A stretch of DNA of 63,814 bases, filler included, from Bdellovibrionota bacterium (GCA_963169515.1; 5 parts of 5 records of this genome joined end to end with filler, not necessarily neighbours in it); one strand, 5' to 3'; positions 40,868-51,834 are shown, counted from the whole stretch's first letter. Notes: generated by a model from the letters alone, not told the origin. Translations and numbers: made by a program.

Positions 40868-41224
40868 TTACTCGATTTCGCCGAGGGACCCCAGGGTGCA
40901 GCTGGTTTTGTTCATCTTAACAATCACACCCAACCTGGTCCCAATTTTTACCTTGTGCTGTTGCCCTGTTTCTTCCATAATGACTTCGGTATATTTTACT
41001 TTTACAATAGCTCTTTTTAAGTATCCACTATTACCGGCATAGTTCTTAAGTTTTATCGGACCAATCGAAAGGTCCGAGATAGTGTCGCTTTGATAACCCT
41101 CGACAATCCACTTTTTGACCTTTATCACGCAGGCTTTTTCTGGGGACACAATTTGTCCCATTGAGACCGAGCTTAGAACAGACACGGAAAGCAGAACCGC
41201 AAACATTAGAATATTTGATTTCAT
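40868..41224 (-). CDS. Small secreted hypothetical protein
   Basis: Signal peptide, two Cys, GGGAG upstream. Confidence 0.7.
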   Translation of the reverse strand: MKSNILMFAVLLSVSVLSSVSMGQIVSPEKACVIKVKKWIVEGYQSDTISDLSIGPIKLKNYAGNSGYLKRAIVKVKYTEVIMEETGQQHKVKIGTRLGVIVKMNKTSCTLGSLGEIE

Positions 41225-41237
41225 AATTTTCTCCCTA

Positions 41238-41337
41238 NNNNNNNNNNNNNNNNNNNNNNNNNNNNNNNNNNNNNNNNNNNNTTAATTAATTAANNNNNNN
41301 NNNNNNNNNNNNNNNNNNNNNNNNNNNNNNNNNNNNN
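41238..41337. other. Artificial contig linker
   Basis: N44-TTAATTAATTAA-N44. Confidence 0.99.
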
Positions 41338-42111
41338 TATAAAAGCGAAGAAGAGATGGACCATTGGGTGGCTTCTGCAAGTGCACACATTTGGAAAAAG
41401 AATGCGCCCAGTTTAATGGTCGTACACCTTGCGAATGTGGATCACGTTGAGCACGGAACGGGTCGTGATTCGGATGAAACAAAGGCCGCAGTTTTTGACG
41501 CCAACAATAACATAAAAACAATATTACAAGCTGTCGATTTGGTAAATACATGTGTGATGATCGTTGGAGACCATGGCTTTTATGATGTTTCAAAAAGCAT
41601 AAATTTAAACGTACTTTTTTTGGAAAAAGGCTGGATCACAGCAGATGAAACAGGGAAAATAGAAAGCTGGAAAGTTGTAGCACATTCGAGCGGTGGCCAA
41701 GCTGCGATTTATTCTAAAGACAAATCCCTGAGGGCCGAAGTTTTAAAGCTTCTTGAAGACAATCAAGTTCTTGGTTATCGATTGATTAAAAAAGCGCAGC
41801 TTAATAGCTTGGGATCCTATCCTGATGCGATTGCGGCAATTACGGCAAAAGAAGGATTTACGTGCGGCAATACTGCAAAAGGCGAGATCATTGCAGGCAC
41901 AAGCGTAAAGGGGCAGCATGGAGCTTTGCCAGATGATTCAAAGCTTCATACTGGCTTTATTGCGGTCGGTTGTGGGATTAAGGGCGGCCAAAACCTTGGG
42001 GTGATCTCAAATCTTAACGTGGCTCCGACTATTGCAAAATGGTTAGGGGTTCCAATGCCATCGGCTGAACAACGATCACTTCGAATCGTGCGAGATGGTC
42101 GAAAGAACTAA
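41338..42111 (+). CDS. Alkaline phosphatase / nucleotide pyrophosphatase family (5' partial)
   Basis: DHVEHGTG, VGDHGF, GQHG, NVAPTIA. Confidence 0.88.
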   Translation, partial: YKSEEEMDHWVASASAHIWKKNAPSLMVVHLANVDHVEHGTGRDSDETKAAVFDANNNIKTILQAVDLVNTCVMIVGDHGFYDVSKSINLNVLFLEKGWITADETGKIESWKVVAHSSGGQAAIYSKDKSLRAEVLKLLEDNQVLGYRLIKKAQLNSLGSYPDAIAAITAKEGFTCGNTAKGEIIAGTSVKGQHGALPDDSKLHTGFIAVGCGIKGGQNLGVISNLNVAPTIAKWLGVPMPSAEQRSLRIVRDGRKN

Positions 42112-43421
42112 ATTTTCATTCGAGCTCGGGTTGCCTTCCAGGCAATTTGGGCCTTCGTTTGAATTTCCTGATGCTTAAATTTCAATAATTTTGAGTCCCG
42201 AACAATCAGTTCGCCGTCGATTAAAACGTCTCGGACATCGCTTGCTGTCGCACCATAGACAATCTGGCTGGCAGGATCACCGTCTGGGTGTAAAGACATG
42301 GAATCACGCTTTATAATTGTGATATCAGCGGACTTACCAACCTCAAGCGTTCCGATTTGATCGAGGATATTAAGCGCACGTGCGCCTTCACGCGTTGCCA
42401 TACCCAGTACGGTCCAAGCGTCCATCGCGCGGGGGCCATGTTTTATTTTATGCACAGTTGCAGCAAGCGACATTTCCTGAAAGATCGAAAGCTTATTATT
42501 GCAAGGGGGGCCATCTGCCCCCAGCGCCACGACAATTTTATTTTTCAGGTATTTGGGAACGTCTGCAATTCCAGAAGCCAATTTTAAATTTGCGCCAGGG
42601 CAGTGGCAGATACGTGTATTTGTGTCTTTTAATGTTTTAAGTTCAGAGTCAGTCACATGAACCCCATGGGCAAGAATCACATCTTTTCCTAGAAATCCAA
42701 CTTTCTTCAAATATGCGATGTTGGATTTCTTTGTTAATTTTTTTACACGGCGAACTTCATTAATGCTTTCATTTGCATGGGTATGCAGAAGCCAATTGTT
42801 TTTTCGAGCAAGCTTTACAGCTTCTTTCATTAGAATCTCAGTGCAGCTCAACGCGAATCGAGGTTCGACGACGTATTTCAATCGACCGTTGTTGTTCCAT
42901 TTTTTTCCGAGATCTTCGGCTTCTCGTAAAGAGTATTCCGTATTTTCTAAAATCTGTTTCGGGACGTCAGTGCCTGTATCCATATGGGTCTTTCCGCTGA
43001 AAAGACGTATCCCCATGCCGCGTGCGGTTTTAAATACGCGATCGTGATTATGGGTTGTCCCAAAATCAAGAGCTGTCGTTGTCCCACCCAAAAGGAGCTC
43101 TGCAATTCCCAGTTCCGAAGCGGCTTCAACACCGTCGCCATCCAAAGCTGCTTCGTAGGGCCAAGTTCGCTTTTTAAGCCAATCTAAAAGCTCAAGATCA
43201 TCAGCCTGATGACGCAAAAGCGATTGAACCGTGTGAACATGGCATTGAATAAAACCGGGGAGCACAAAGCAATCGGTTGCATCGATAACCATGCAGTCTG
43301 CGCTTATAATTTGTCCGATTTCTTTAATTCGGCCATTTTCAATTAGAATGTCCCCAGCAAAATATTTTCCGGATTTTATCATGGGGACTAGAACGCCATT
43401 TTTAATCAAGATATTTTGCAC
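42108..43421 (-). CDS. Amidohydrolase, 5'-deoxyadenosine/MTA-SAH deaminase-like
   Basis: PGFIQCHVH, HTHANE, AHGVH, HCPGANLKLASG, GADGPPCNN. Confidence 0.88.
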   Translation of the reverse strand: MQNILIKNGVLVPMIKSGKYFAGDILIENGRIKEIGQIISADCMVIDATDCFVLPGFIQCHVHTVQSLLRHQADDLELLDWLKKRTWPYEAALDGDGVEAASELGIAELLLGGTTTALDFGTTHNHDRVFKTARGMGIRLFSGKTHMDTGTDVPKQILENTEYSLREAEDLGKKWNNNGRLKYVVEPRFALSCTEILMKEAVKLARKNNWLLHTHANESINEVRRVKKLTKKSNIAYLKKVGFLGKDVILAHGVHVTDSELKTLKDTNTRICHCPGANLKLASGIADVPKYLKNKIVVALGADGPPCNNKLSIFQEMSLAATVHKIKHGPRAMDAWTVLGMATREGARALNILDQIGTLEVGKSADITIIKRDSMSLHPDGDPASQIVYGATASDVRDVLIDGELIVRDSKLLKFKHQEIQTKAQIAWKATRARMKI

Positions 43422-43461
43422 AGAAGACGATTAAATTATGTCCGGAATCCGGATGTCAATT

Positions 43462-44292
43462 TTAGAATTTGAACATCATGCCAGCGCGTAATGCGAAAAT
43501 GCCGATTTTTGCATCGTCTTGGCCCATGAACATATCATATTCACCCTGGATCGGGATAAAAAAGCTGCCCATCGGGATATTAACACCCGATGCGACTACG
43601 ACCGCCCCAGAACCGCCAACGGATTCCAAAACATTTGCCTTGGATGAAGAGGCTGAGTAGAAGTCAAATCCCAAACCAACCCAGATTTGTGTCGCTGTAT
43701 CAAGAAACGCATACTGCCCCATCAAGCCTGTTTTGATGAAGTTAATGGAAACTTCTGGGGCAAAGGTGCCAGCGGCTCCGAAATTTTTAACTCCGCTGTT
43801 CGTTTTGAAAGTCTCATAGCCAACATGGCCGCGCAAATAAAAACTTGAAAACAGCTTGTAATCTGCAACAACATCAAAACCGAAGCCGCTGCCAGACATA
43901 TCTACATCGCCGACATCGGTTGTGACAGTCATGGAATCAATTCCATATCCAAGCATACCGCCAACGGCCAAACTTCCGTCGCTTGAGCTGCGCGAGGCGC
44001 TTCTTTCGCTTTTTGATTTCCCTTTGACAAGAGCCATATTGGGGACGGCTTTGCCCTTTACAACTTCACCGAGGGCTTTTTCGCCTTTTACCTTTGTGAT
44101 TTTGACGATGGCTTTTCTTTTGCCGTTGGCGTCTACGGCGAAGAATTTTTCTCCGGACGACATTTCGTCACCTTCAGTGCTGACCATAACTTTTTTGCCC
44201 TTAACTTTTGTGATGGTTGCTGCATTAGAAGATGTTGGGAAGAATAAGAAAAAAGATAAAATGACGAAGGTGACTGTCGCCTGAATTCTCAC
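43462..44292 (-). CDS. Outer-membrane beta-barrel protein with small N-terminal beta domain
   Basis: Signal peptide, amphipathic strands, terminal FKF; start codon uncertain. Confidence 0.75.
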   Translation of the reverse strand: MRIQATVTFVILSFFLFFPTSSNAATITKVKGKKVMVSTEGDEMSSGEKFFAVDANGKRKAIVKITKVKGEKALGEVVKGKAVPNMALVKGKSKSERSASRSSSDGSLAVGGMLGYGIDSMTVTTDVGDVDMSGSGFGFDVVADYKLFSSFYLRGHVGYETFKTNSGVKNFGAAGTFAPEVSINFIKTGLMGQYAFLDTATQIWVGLGFDFYSASSSKANVLESVGGSGAVVVASGVNIPMGSFFIPIQGEYDMFMGQDDAKIGIFALRAGMMFKF

Positions 44293-44466
44293 GATGATTC
44301 CCCTTTGTTGAATCTATAGATTTATCATGACATCGTGGGTGAACTGCCGCAATAAAATCCAAGAATTTCAGATATTTGTCCAGACTTCGGCAGAGCTAGC
44401 AAGACCTTTGTCGTACGATGGGTGACTAATACTGTATCAGATTGAAACACTTTTGCCCTCTTTGCT

Positions 44467-44493
44467 TAAGAAAAGTGCCATTGTCTCCGATTG
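44467..44493 (+). promoter_or_regulatory. Putative sigma28 promoter
   Basis: TAAG-N15-TCCGATTG upstream of 44518. Confidence 0.55.
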
Positions 44494-44517
44494 AGATAGA
44501 TAGGGGTCTATGGCGTT

Positions 44518-45153
44518 ATGAAACTTCGAGTTTTTTTAATTTTTACGGTTGCCTTGCTGATCCTTGGCTATCAGAACTGCTCAGTTTATCAATCCGAAGG
44601 ACGACAAAATTTGGAAATGCTATTGAACACAACCACAAAGGGCAGCTGTCTTCCATATTTGGATTCAAATATTGCGGCAATCATTATGCAAGATGATGTC
44701 ACTGCTTTTTTCAGTTTAACACCGCCTGCGGGCAGCGTGGCTGAATGTCGAATTGCGACCTCTAGCGATACAACCCGAGGTATTGACCGTGTCGTCTGCG
44801 GTTTATCGAATAGCTACAGCCAAACGGCATCATTGGGGCGCGACGATGCAAACAGCATTATTCAGAAAAGCGTGAGCGAACAAATATCCTTACTAAACCA
44901 AGACGCGGCTAATTTTATTGAGGTTCTTGAAGACTATCAAACGGAACTTGAGGGTGGTAGTTTTGCGTACTCCTATAAAGTCGAAGAAAAAGTCGTCATG
45001 CGATTTCTTGGTGCCAATCAAAGTAGCTCCATTGGCGTTGCCTGTTACATCGTGTTTCCATCGTTAGAGGAATATGAAGACTCTGCGATCGGGCGTGATG
45101 AAGCGGGCCGAAGGCTTTCAGATTTTGTTCATGAAATTGTGAGCCATCTATAG
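44518..45153 (+). CDS. Lipoprotein, unknown function
   Basis: LGYQNC lipobox variant of the kind common in Bdellovibrio-like genomes. Confidence 0.75.
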   Translation: MKLRVFLIFTVALLILGYQNCSVYQSEGRQNLEMLLNTTTKGSCLPYLDSNIAAIIMQDDVTAFFSLTPPAGSVAECRIATSSDTTRGIDRVVCGLSNSYSQTASLGRDDANSIIQKSVSEQISLLNQDAANFIEVLEDYQTELEGGSFAYSYKVEEKVVMRFLGANQSSSIGVACYIVFPSLEEYEDSAIGRDEAGRRLSDFVHEIVSHL

Positions 45154-46215
45154 AAAAATATTTTCGCAAGTTTGTCCGTTGCTTGGTCTGAAAAAATCTA
45201 AAATCTTACGTGCGATCTTGTGAACGGTATCATAGCCGTCTTTAAAGATGTCATCTGCGTTGGATCCAATTTTTATAAAACCGGGGAACAGCCGAGAAAT
45301 CGCAATATTTACAATGCTGTATTGACTGGTTCTTGCCTCGTAACCATAGAGGCTATCAAGGCTTGGCATACCAACACCAAAATAAATAGATTCTGGCAAC
45401 AGTTGGACATCAAACGGGCCAGGTGGGTATTCACCGCGTCCACGGGAAACGGTAATTCCACCGTCGGCCCAATCGCGAGTTGCAAAATAAACTTGCACCT
45501 TAACGGGAATTGTTGGGCCGATCAGCGTTAACGCTTTGAGCGCCGTATCTACGTTTTTAAAAACATTTATGACCAGCGCTTTTGCATCCGAATTATAGCC
45601 GAAAGAAATCCCAATCCCGAGACTTTGGAAAAAGCCCCAGTTTTTAGAGCGCACCATCAGGCCAGCCCCGCCACCAGCAAATAGGGCAGCGCCAAATTCA
45701 TTCTGCCTAGCAATGAGTTTTGGAGCTTGCCAAAGTTGATAGTCGATCAGTCGAAGGATCTCTTTTGTTTTTTCTATAGATTTTGAGATTTTTGTATTTT
45801 CTTTTGGTGGACCTTGTTGGAGCTCAAGCAAGTATTCGACAGGGTGCAGGTCTTTTTCATTCCGATTAAATGGCCGCAAAATCTGATAGAATCTGTTTTT
45901 GACCATTGTCCCCAAACCAAATCTTAGTCTTGATTTGAAATGTAAAAGGCGGCCAAGTGCTTGCAGAAAGCCTGCGCGATTTTCGCAGAATTTTATAAAT
46001 TCTTCATGAGAAAGTTGGCTCAGTTGTTTTTGAATTTCCGGAGTTAAAACAGGGGCAGGGATAACGTAAGTAGTTCCATCCTTCATCCGAAGGGTGGCAT
46101 TGCCATTCCAATAATTGGTTTCAAGCTGTCCCTCTGGTGGGAGGCTTTCATAAAAATTGGGGTCAGCAAACGCCGGACCCCACAAAAATAATATAAATAG
46201 GATATACTTAACCAT
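45148..46215 (-). CDS. Secreted hypothetical protein
   Basis: Signal peptide MVKYILFILFLWGPAFA; C-terminal CENIFL. Confidence 0.7.
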   Translation of the reverse strand: MVKYILFILFLWGPAFADPNFYESLPPEGQLETNYWNGNATLRMKDGTTYVIPAPVLTPEIQKQLSQLSHEEFIKFCENRAGFLQALGRLLHFKSRLRFGLGTMVKNRFYQILRPFNRNEKDLHPVEYLLELQQGPPKENTKISKSIEKTKEILRLIDYQLWQAPKLIARQNEFGAALFAGGGAGLMVRSKNWGFFQSLGIGISFGYNSDAKALVINVFKNVDTALKALTLIGPTIPVKVQVYFATRDWADGGITVSRGRGEYPPGPFDVQLLPESIYFGVGMPSLDSLYGYEARTSQYSIVNIAISRLFPGFIKIGSNADDIFKDGYDTVHKIARKILDFFRPSNGQTCENIFL

Positions 46216-46447
46216 CTCTCCATCCGTCCTTTTATCCGCCCACCTGCACCGGTAAGGTAACTGCAATTGGGACAACCGATGAAAATCTTAGATAGGTAAT
46301 GTTTATAAGCAAATTCAGGTCTATTTCCATAGGGTTATGTCGTTCGATTGGAGTAGGGCTTTTGAAGGGGGTACGAGCCTAGAAGAAAGTTCAAAGAGGA
46401 AGACAAAAAATGTTCGGGTAGGCCGTACCTTTTTGATGTGCGGCGCG

Positions 46448-47704
46448 TTATTGGGATGGGACGTACCCTTTGAGTCTCTCGATTCTCTGTAAAATAGGCG
46501 GGTGGGTATACTCTAGAAAAACCTTAAGGGGATGGGGTGTAAGGTTTGAAAGGCTGTCTACACTCAATTTTTTTAATGCCGTAATTAGTGAATCTGCTTT
46601 TTTAAAAGTATCGACGGCGTATTTGTCGGCCTCAAATTCATATTTGCGAGACAAATACAGGCTATAGAGTGAAATCAAGCTCGAAATCGGAGAATAAAAA
46701 ATACCAAAAAACAAAAGGCTTGCGTAAACCGAGGTGTAGTCCATCTTGAAGGCTAAAAAAATGTTTTGATTATAAATAAACTGCCCCATGATAAAAAGGG
46801 TCAACCCAAGGGACAAGACCGAAAGCACCAACTGTCTTGGTATGTGGTGCATTTTGTAGTGGCCGATTTCATGAGCAAGCACGGCCACCAACTCATCCAC
46901 ATTTTGCTTTGCAATCAACGTATCAAATAAAACAATTCGACGAAAGCGCCCAAAACCCGTGAAATAGGCATTCGCTTTGGTGCTCCTTCTCGAGCCATCC
47001 ATTACAAAAATTCCTTGTAGCTTAAAATTTTGTGCATGGGCAAATTCGTTTATTTTATTCTTAAGTTCGCCGTCATCAAGGGGCCTAAACTTATTGAACA
47101 ATGGCATAATGGTTACAGGTGCGATGTAGAGCATAAACATTTGCACTGCGAACAAGAAAAGCCAGACGTAGAGCCACGCCAAATTTTCAAATTTTTCAAA
47201 AAACCAAAAAACAGCGGCAAGCACTGGTCCGCCGATGACAATACCAAGAAAAAGACTTTTGAGCTCGTCAAAGACAAAGGTTTTTGCCGTCATTTTATTA
47301 AAGCCGTATTTTTCTTCAATTACGAATGTGCCATAGATGTTAAATGGCAAATGAATCAACCAAGAAAGTGCGGCCAATATGCCTATAAATATAAGCCCAA
47401 TTTGGACTTGTCCGAGCCCAAAATCGTGAGCAAAGCCACGGGCAAAACGGTCTACATAATTGAATCCGCCGAAATAAATAAAAACCACCAACATCGGAAC
47501 AAAAATAAAACTGGTAAGCAATCCAAAGCGGACGTTTTCTTTTAAGTAGGATTGAGATCTTTTATACTTTTCCTGATCGTACCAACCTTCAAATTCTTTG
47601 GGTAACACGTCTGAAAGATTTTTTAGGTTGAGTTTTTCGATCAACGTATTCAGCGCAAGACCACCGAGTAAAATAATATAAACTAGGATTTCGTAATTAT
47701 TCAT
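46448..47704 (-). CDS. M48 family (Ste24-like) membrane metallopeptidase
   Basis: NAYFTGFG, AHEIGH, EFEAD, YTHPP. Confidence 0.95.
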   Translation of the reverse strand: MNNYEILVYIILLGGLALNTLIEKLNLKNLSDVLPKEFEGWYDQEKYKRSQSYLKENVRFGLLTSFIFVPMLVVFIYFGGFNYVDRFARGFAHDFGLGQVQIGLIFIGILAALSWLIHLPFNIYGTFVIEEKYGFNKMTAKTFVFDELKSLFLGIVIGGPVLAAVFWFFEKFENLAWLYVWLFLFAVQMFMLYIAPVTIMPLFNKFRPLDDGELKNKINEFAHAQNFKLQGIFVMDGSRRSTKANAYFTGFGRFRRIVLFDTLIAKQNVDELVAVLAHEIGHYKMHHIPRQLVLSVLSLGLTLFIMGQFIYNQNIFLAFKMDYTSVYASLLFFGIFYSPISSLISLYSLYLSRKYEFEADKYAVDTFKKADSLITALKKLSVDSLSNLTPHPLKVFLEYTHPPILQRIERLKGYVPSQ

Positions 47705-47763
47705 TCTCCCTGCTCTTCCGTTCGGGAACGGACATCCGAATTCAAAACAAGTACTGCAATAGT

Positions 47764-47791
47764 AAAAAAGCCTTCTGGAAGGAAGGCTTTT
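47764..47791 (-). terminator. Rho-independent terminator downstream of ssb
   Basis: AAAAGCCTTC-loop-GAAGGCTTTT, with T-tract on the minus strand. Confidence 0.8.
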
Positions 47792-47814
47792 AGATTTTAA
47801 ACTATAAAAGGAAA

Positions 47815-48237
47815 TTAAAAAGGAATTTCTTCGTCGGAATCAAATGATGGTTCTGAATCCGTGCCTGTGGATCCTTCTTGCGAAGCGGCTCGCTCGCCAC
47901 CGGCAGAACCCAGAAATTGAACGGTTCCGGCTACGATTTCAGTCGTGTATCGTTTTTGCCCTGACTTTGGATCTTCCCACTGACGTGTTTGTAGGCGGCC
48001 TTCGACATAAACTTGACGGCCTTTTGCAAGGTGCTCGCCGCAGATTTCCCCCAGGCGTCCCCAAACGACAACGCGATGCCATTCTGTCCGTTCTTGTGGA
48101 GCTCCGGTTTCTTTATTTTTCCACTGCTCGCTTGTAGCAACATTAAACCGCGCAACAGTTTGACCATTTGCGGTCTGTTTTACCTCTGGATTTGCACCGA
48201 GACGACCCACAATAATAACTTTATTTACACCTGACAT
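47815..48237 (-). CDS. ssb: Single-stranded DNA-binding protein
   Basis: [31 protein letters not shown], acidic tail EEIPF. Confidence 0.98.
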   Translation of the reverse strand: MSGVNKVIIVGRLGANPEVKQTANGQTVARFNVATSEQWKNKETGAPQERTEWHRVVVWGRLGEICGEHLAKGRQVYVEGRLQTRQWEDPKSGQKRYTTEIVAGTVQFLGSAGGERAASQEGSTGTDSEPSFDSDEEIPF

Positions 48238-48446
48238 ACCTATGCCCCCTTTTTGTTTGATGGCCACTCGGCCACCACTCATCTTAATTAACTGACGTGC
48301 CAGGCACGCCATTTAAGTTTTAGAGTTTGTTATCTAATAAAAATATATAAAAGTAAAAAGGCAAATGTCCCCAATTATTCGTGCGCAATAATTAAGCACA
48401 ATCGCTTTAGTCAGTTAATGTTGCAAATTGGTAATACCAAGCAATA

Positions 48447-49436
48447 TCAATTAAATGAAGTTAGAGGGGTCATATTGGGCGGCATTCGGACGTCGGACGT
48501 TTCGACGCGGAACATATACTCCGGGTTAGCTGTCGAGCTCGAAGAGACTTTCATGTTTTCGATAAATGCAAAAAAAAGGCTCGCACGATCTTGAAAAGCC
48601 TTTTTTGTTTTAATTCGAACACTCAGATTGTAGCCCCCCAATACTGGCGAGACCTGCCCGCGATGGGCTTCTACGGTCACCCTGAGCGTTCCCTTGATTT
48701 GAGCGTATAGATCATCGGTGTCATTTCCGATAATGCCTTCCTCTATATTCAGGCGTCCTTCCTGCAGAACCCCTTTCAGTCTTAGTTTTTGCAAAGAAAT
48801 GTCGGGCAGGGGAAAGGCCCCCATCACTGTGTCGATGGAAAAGTTCACCAACTGAACTTTTTGTCCCTCGACAAGAAGATCCATGCTGGGTTGTTCTTCA
48901 AATTGTGGATCTATTTTTCCTGAAACTCCTAAGTCGATTTTCCCCTCTAGGCCAGAAAGGTTTGAAACCATACTTAAAGCAGACGCGAGATCTAACCCAG
49001 ATGCATCCAATTCAATATTTTGCAGGACCTTAGCGGCTTTGCCGTCGGTGGCTTTTTTTTCACCGCGGGTGGATAGACTGACATCGCCTTTCAGAAGACC
49101 TTTTGCTTTTGCAGTTAATCCTGGATTAAAAGTGAGCAGCCCCAGTATAGTCGGCGCCAACGTCAATTCGCGTGCTTTGACTGCGGGAAACGCAGTGGTC
49201 TGAACCTCTACGTTTGTGAAATCAAGCCCCAGCGGGAACACGGACAAACTGAGTTCATCAAATTTCAGAAATACGTTATTTTGTGATTGTTCTGCGACTT
49301 GTGCAGTTACGAATGTTCCCAGGTCATTAAACGGAAATAGAATGAATAAAAATAAAATAAAACTACAAAATGCCAGAAGCAGCTTTAGTTTATGAAACCG
49401 AAAAATATCCCCCAAAAACTGCAGGACACGCTTCAC
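48447..49436 (-). CDS. gspN: Type II secretion protein N
   Basis: N-terminal TM with LFP motif, beta-rich body, last gene of the gsp cluster. Confidence 0.75.
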   Translation of the reverse strand: MKRVLQFLGDIFRFHKLKLLLAFCSFILFLFILFPFNDLGTFVTAQVAEQSQNNVFLKFDELSLSVFPLGLDFTNVEVQTTAFPAVKARELTLAPTILGLLTFNPGLTAKAKGLLKGDVSLSTRGEKKATDGKAAKVLQNIELDASGLDLASALSMVSNLSGLEGKIDLGVSGKIDPQFEEQPSMDLLVEGQKVQLVNFSIDTVMGAFPLPDISLQKLRLKGVLQEGRLNIEEGIIGNDTDDLYAQIKGTLRVTVEAHRGQVSPVLGGYNLSVRIKTKKAFQDRASLFFAFIENMKVSSSSTANPEYMFRVETSDVRMPPNMTPLTSFN

Positions 49437-50146
49437 AGCTCTTCCCCTTCTGAATCTGTGGGTTTTCCCTTAAACGACTTTGGTTTTTGGGTCTTAGAGG
49501 CTTTGCCTTTAACATCCAAGGCTTCTTTTTCTGTTTCATTAACATTGAAGCTCGCAATTGCATATTTGACGTCATAATAATGATTATCCGAAGGGTGGGC
49601 AATCACATCAGCAGCCACAATTTTGACAAGCGGGGAAATTTTTGAAAATGCGAACTCGATCTCAACCATCTGTTTGATGTTTAATTGGCCAAGTTCCACA
49701 TCTACGATATTTTGTACAACACTTGCGGGGATCAATTCATTTGCGGCGGCCCGCCCCGCACGTTCATTAACACCTTTAATTTGTTCCGGGGTTAATCCGG
49801 CCTCTTGCAGTCGCGCATTTAAGGTTACTTTCAACTGGGCCCCATCCATACGCGGCGGAAGGGGTGGTAAGGATTTTGAAGTTTGTGTGACTTGTAAAAG
49901 CTCTTGCGCCTGATCTTTTTTTTCTTCAAAAACTGTGATCGAATCGCCGGCGGATGTAAGAAATGCGTTGGGAATCATAAATACGATAAACAAGAAAAAT
50001 ATCAATCCTGCCCATAGGATACTTTTTTGTCCCACCGGGGAGAGGCTATCGTAGCGTTCTTTCAGTTGGGAATAGAGTGGGGATTCTTGGAATTCTTCCC
50101 ACTTGGCAATTAAGGTATCTTTGATCCTAGCCAGTAAGTCGTTCAT
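49433..50146 (-). CDS. gspM: Type II secretion protein M-like
   Basis: YDSLSP..QK before a single TM; position after gspL. Confidence 0.7.
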   Translation of the reverse strand: MNDLLARIKDTLIAKWEEFQESPLYSQLKERYDSLSPVGQKSILWAGLIFFLFIVFMIPNAFLTSAGDSITVFEEKKDQAQELLQVTQTSKSLPPLPPRMDGAQLKVTLNARLQEAGLTPEQIKGVNERAGRAAANELIPASVVQNIVDVELGQLNIKQMVEIEFAFSKISPLVKIVAADVIAHPSDNHYYDVKYAIASFNVNETEKEALDVKGKASKTQKPKSFKGKPTDSEGEEL

Positions 50147-51825
50147 TCCAAGACTCCGGGGCTGCGGTCCACTTTGAAGTTGAGTCCAAAATTTATTTTT
50201 CCAGGGGCAGGCGGAAGGCGGGTGGCGATTTCACTGATTTTTCCTCCCTGAGCGATCTTTTTCATTTCGCGTTTGATTTGTTCTAAGTGAATTTTTTGGG
50301 AGACCTCGCCTTCCAGCGTGACTGTTTCATAATCCAAGTTGAAATGGCGAATATCAACCATGATTTCCTTTTTGCTCGGCATAGCTTTAGAGATTTGATT
50401 TAAAATATCAATTGGTGAATTGATAAATTGCAAATGTGACAGTTTCTTACTGTCTTCGTTTTCTTTTTTCTTGTCGCGGATGTAGCGTTTGACGGATATT
50501 GAATCCCCTTTGATTCCAATCTCATGGGATTCCGCAATTTTTCGAACTGCTGTTCGACTTTTTGCTTCCATAGAGCTCGCAAGCTGGCTTTTAATTATAC
50601 CATATACCAATAAAATTCCAAAAAAGGCGGCGGCGTAATATGCGGTCGTATTCCAACGCTGCCAGAATTGTTTGATTGAGCGTCCCTCTTTGGCAAGATC
50701 GCCTTTTCTAAAATTCAACGGTGGATTTCCAGGTCGTTTGAGACCCTCAATTGCTATGCCGATTGCCACTGCCGAGTTTTTTCGGAGCTCAGGTGATTCC
50801 TCTACATTGGATTTAAACCCAATCGCTAAATGGTTGAAAACATTTGTAACGACGTTGAGTTTTTGAGTGATGTATGGAGCAAGATTCACAAGCGAGCTCA
50901 AACCGCCCAATAAGTGGATTTGGCTGACGGCAATTTCGAATTGGCTTTGCGCCTCAAGAATTGTTTTTCGAATGTCGACCAGAAATTTGTCAAGCCCCGT
51001 CGAAATCGCCTTGGCAAAAATAATTTGGTCTTGAGATGCTCCTTCGGCCTTTGTCAAAACAAATCCTTTTTCGTTCAAGCCCTTCAAGGCCTCTGCATAG
51101 CCAATGTCATAGGTTTTTTGAATACGAGCTACGATTTGCATCCCACCAAAGGTAATGCTTCGAATCTCAAGGATAGAGGCCCCGCGCATAAGAATAACCA
51201 GGGATTTATTGTGCCCCATGTGAATGTATAATTCCGCGGCGGGCATGACCTTATCACCGTCGGCACCGCTCTCGATCTGAACAAGTTCTGACGGGCTGGT
51301 GAGTGGATCTGCCTCTGAAGGGGGCTCGTCCCAATTCGTAATCAGATTCGTCAGGGCAAAGCCGTCAGCGGTGATTACGTCAGGATCGATGCCCGCATCT
51401 TGTACGAGTCCAAGAACCTCTTTGACTTTGCTAATCGGGCAGACGGCGGCTAGCAGCTCGCTTGATTTATCGCGGTAACGTAGGATTTTCGCATCAAAGA
51501 TCGCATTAGAGGGATCAAACGGGACGTCGTCTTCAAGCTCAAAAGGAAGACTTTTCATAATTTTCAGTTTTTCTCGAAATGGAAAAACTTTGTGGCGAAC
51601 GGCGACCAGGTCCTGGGATACGGCAACCGAGAAACGAGTGGATGCCGGGTCGTAATGCGTGGCAATTTTTCTTAAAACATCAAGGATTTGCACTTTTGGA
51701 TCTTGAGATAAATCAAGCGCGTAAGGGACTTCGATGTAGTCTTTAAGAGTAAAATTGTGATTCGAGCCTTCAACCTCTGCGATCTTGACGGATAAGGTTC
51801 CGATGTCGATTCCTACTGAGCGCAT
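50143..51825 (-). CDS. gspL: Type II secretion protein L (PilM-like cytoplasmic domain, TM, PilN-like domain)
   Basis: VGIDIG actin-like start, LPFELED, LNFRKG, TM. Confidence 0.8.
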   Translation of the reverse strand: MRSVGIDIGTLSVKIAEVEGSNHNFTLKDYIEVPYALDLSQDPKVQILDVLRKIATHYDPASTRFSVAVSQDLVAVRHKVFPFREKLKIMKSLPFELEDDVPFDPSNAIFDAKILRYRDKSSELLAAVCPISKVKEVLGLVQDAGIDPDVITADGFALTNLITNWDEPPSEADPLTSPSELVQIESGADGDKVMPAAELYIHMGHNKSLVILMRGASILEIRSITFGGMQIVARIQKTYDIGYAEALKGLNEKGFVLTKAEGASQDQIIFAKAISTGLDKFLVDIRKTILEAQSQFEIAVSQIHLLGGLSSLVNLAPYITQKLNVVTNVFNHLAIGFKSNVEESPELRKNSAVAIGIAIEGLKRPGNPPLNFRKGDLAKEGRSIKQFWQRWNTTAYYAAAFFGILLVYGIIKSQLASSMEAKSRTAVRKIAESHEIGIKGDSISVKRYIRDKKKENEDSKKLSHLQFINSPIDILNQISKAMPSKKEIMVDIRHFNLDYETVTLEGEVSQKIHLEQIKREMKKIAQGGKISEIATRLPPAPGKINFGLNFKVDRSPGVLE

Positions 51826-51834
51826 GCCGTGTCC

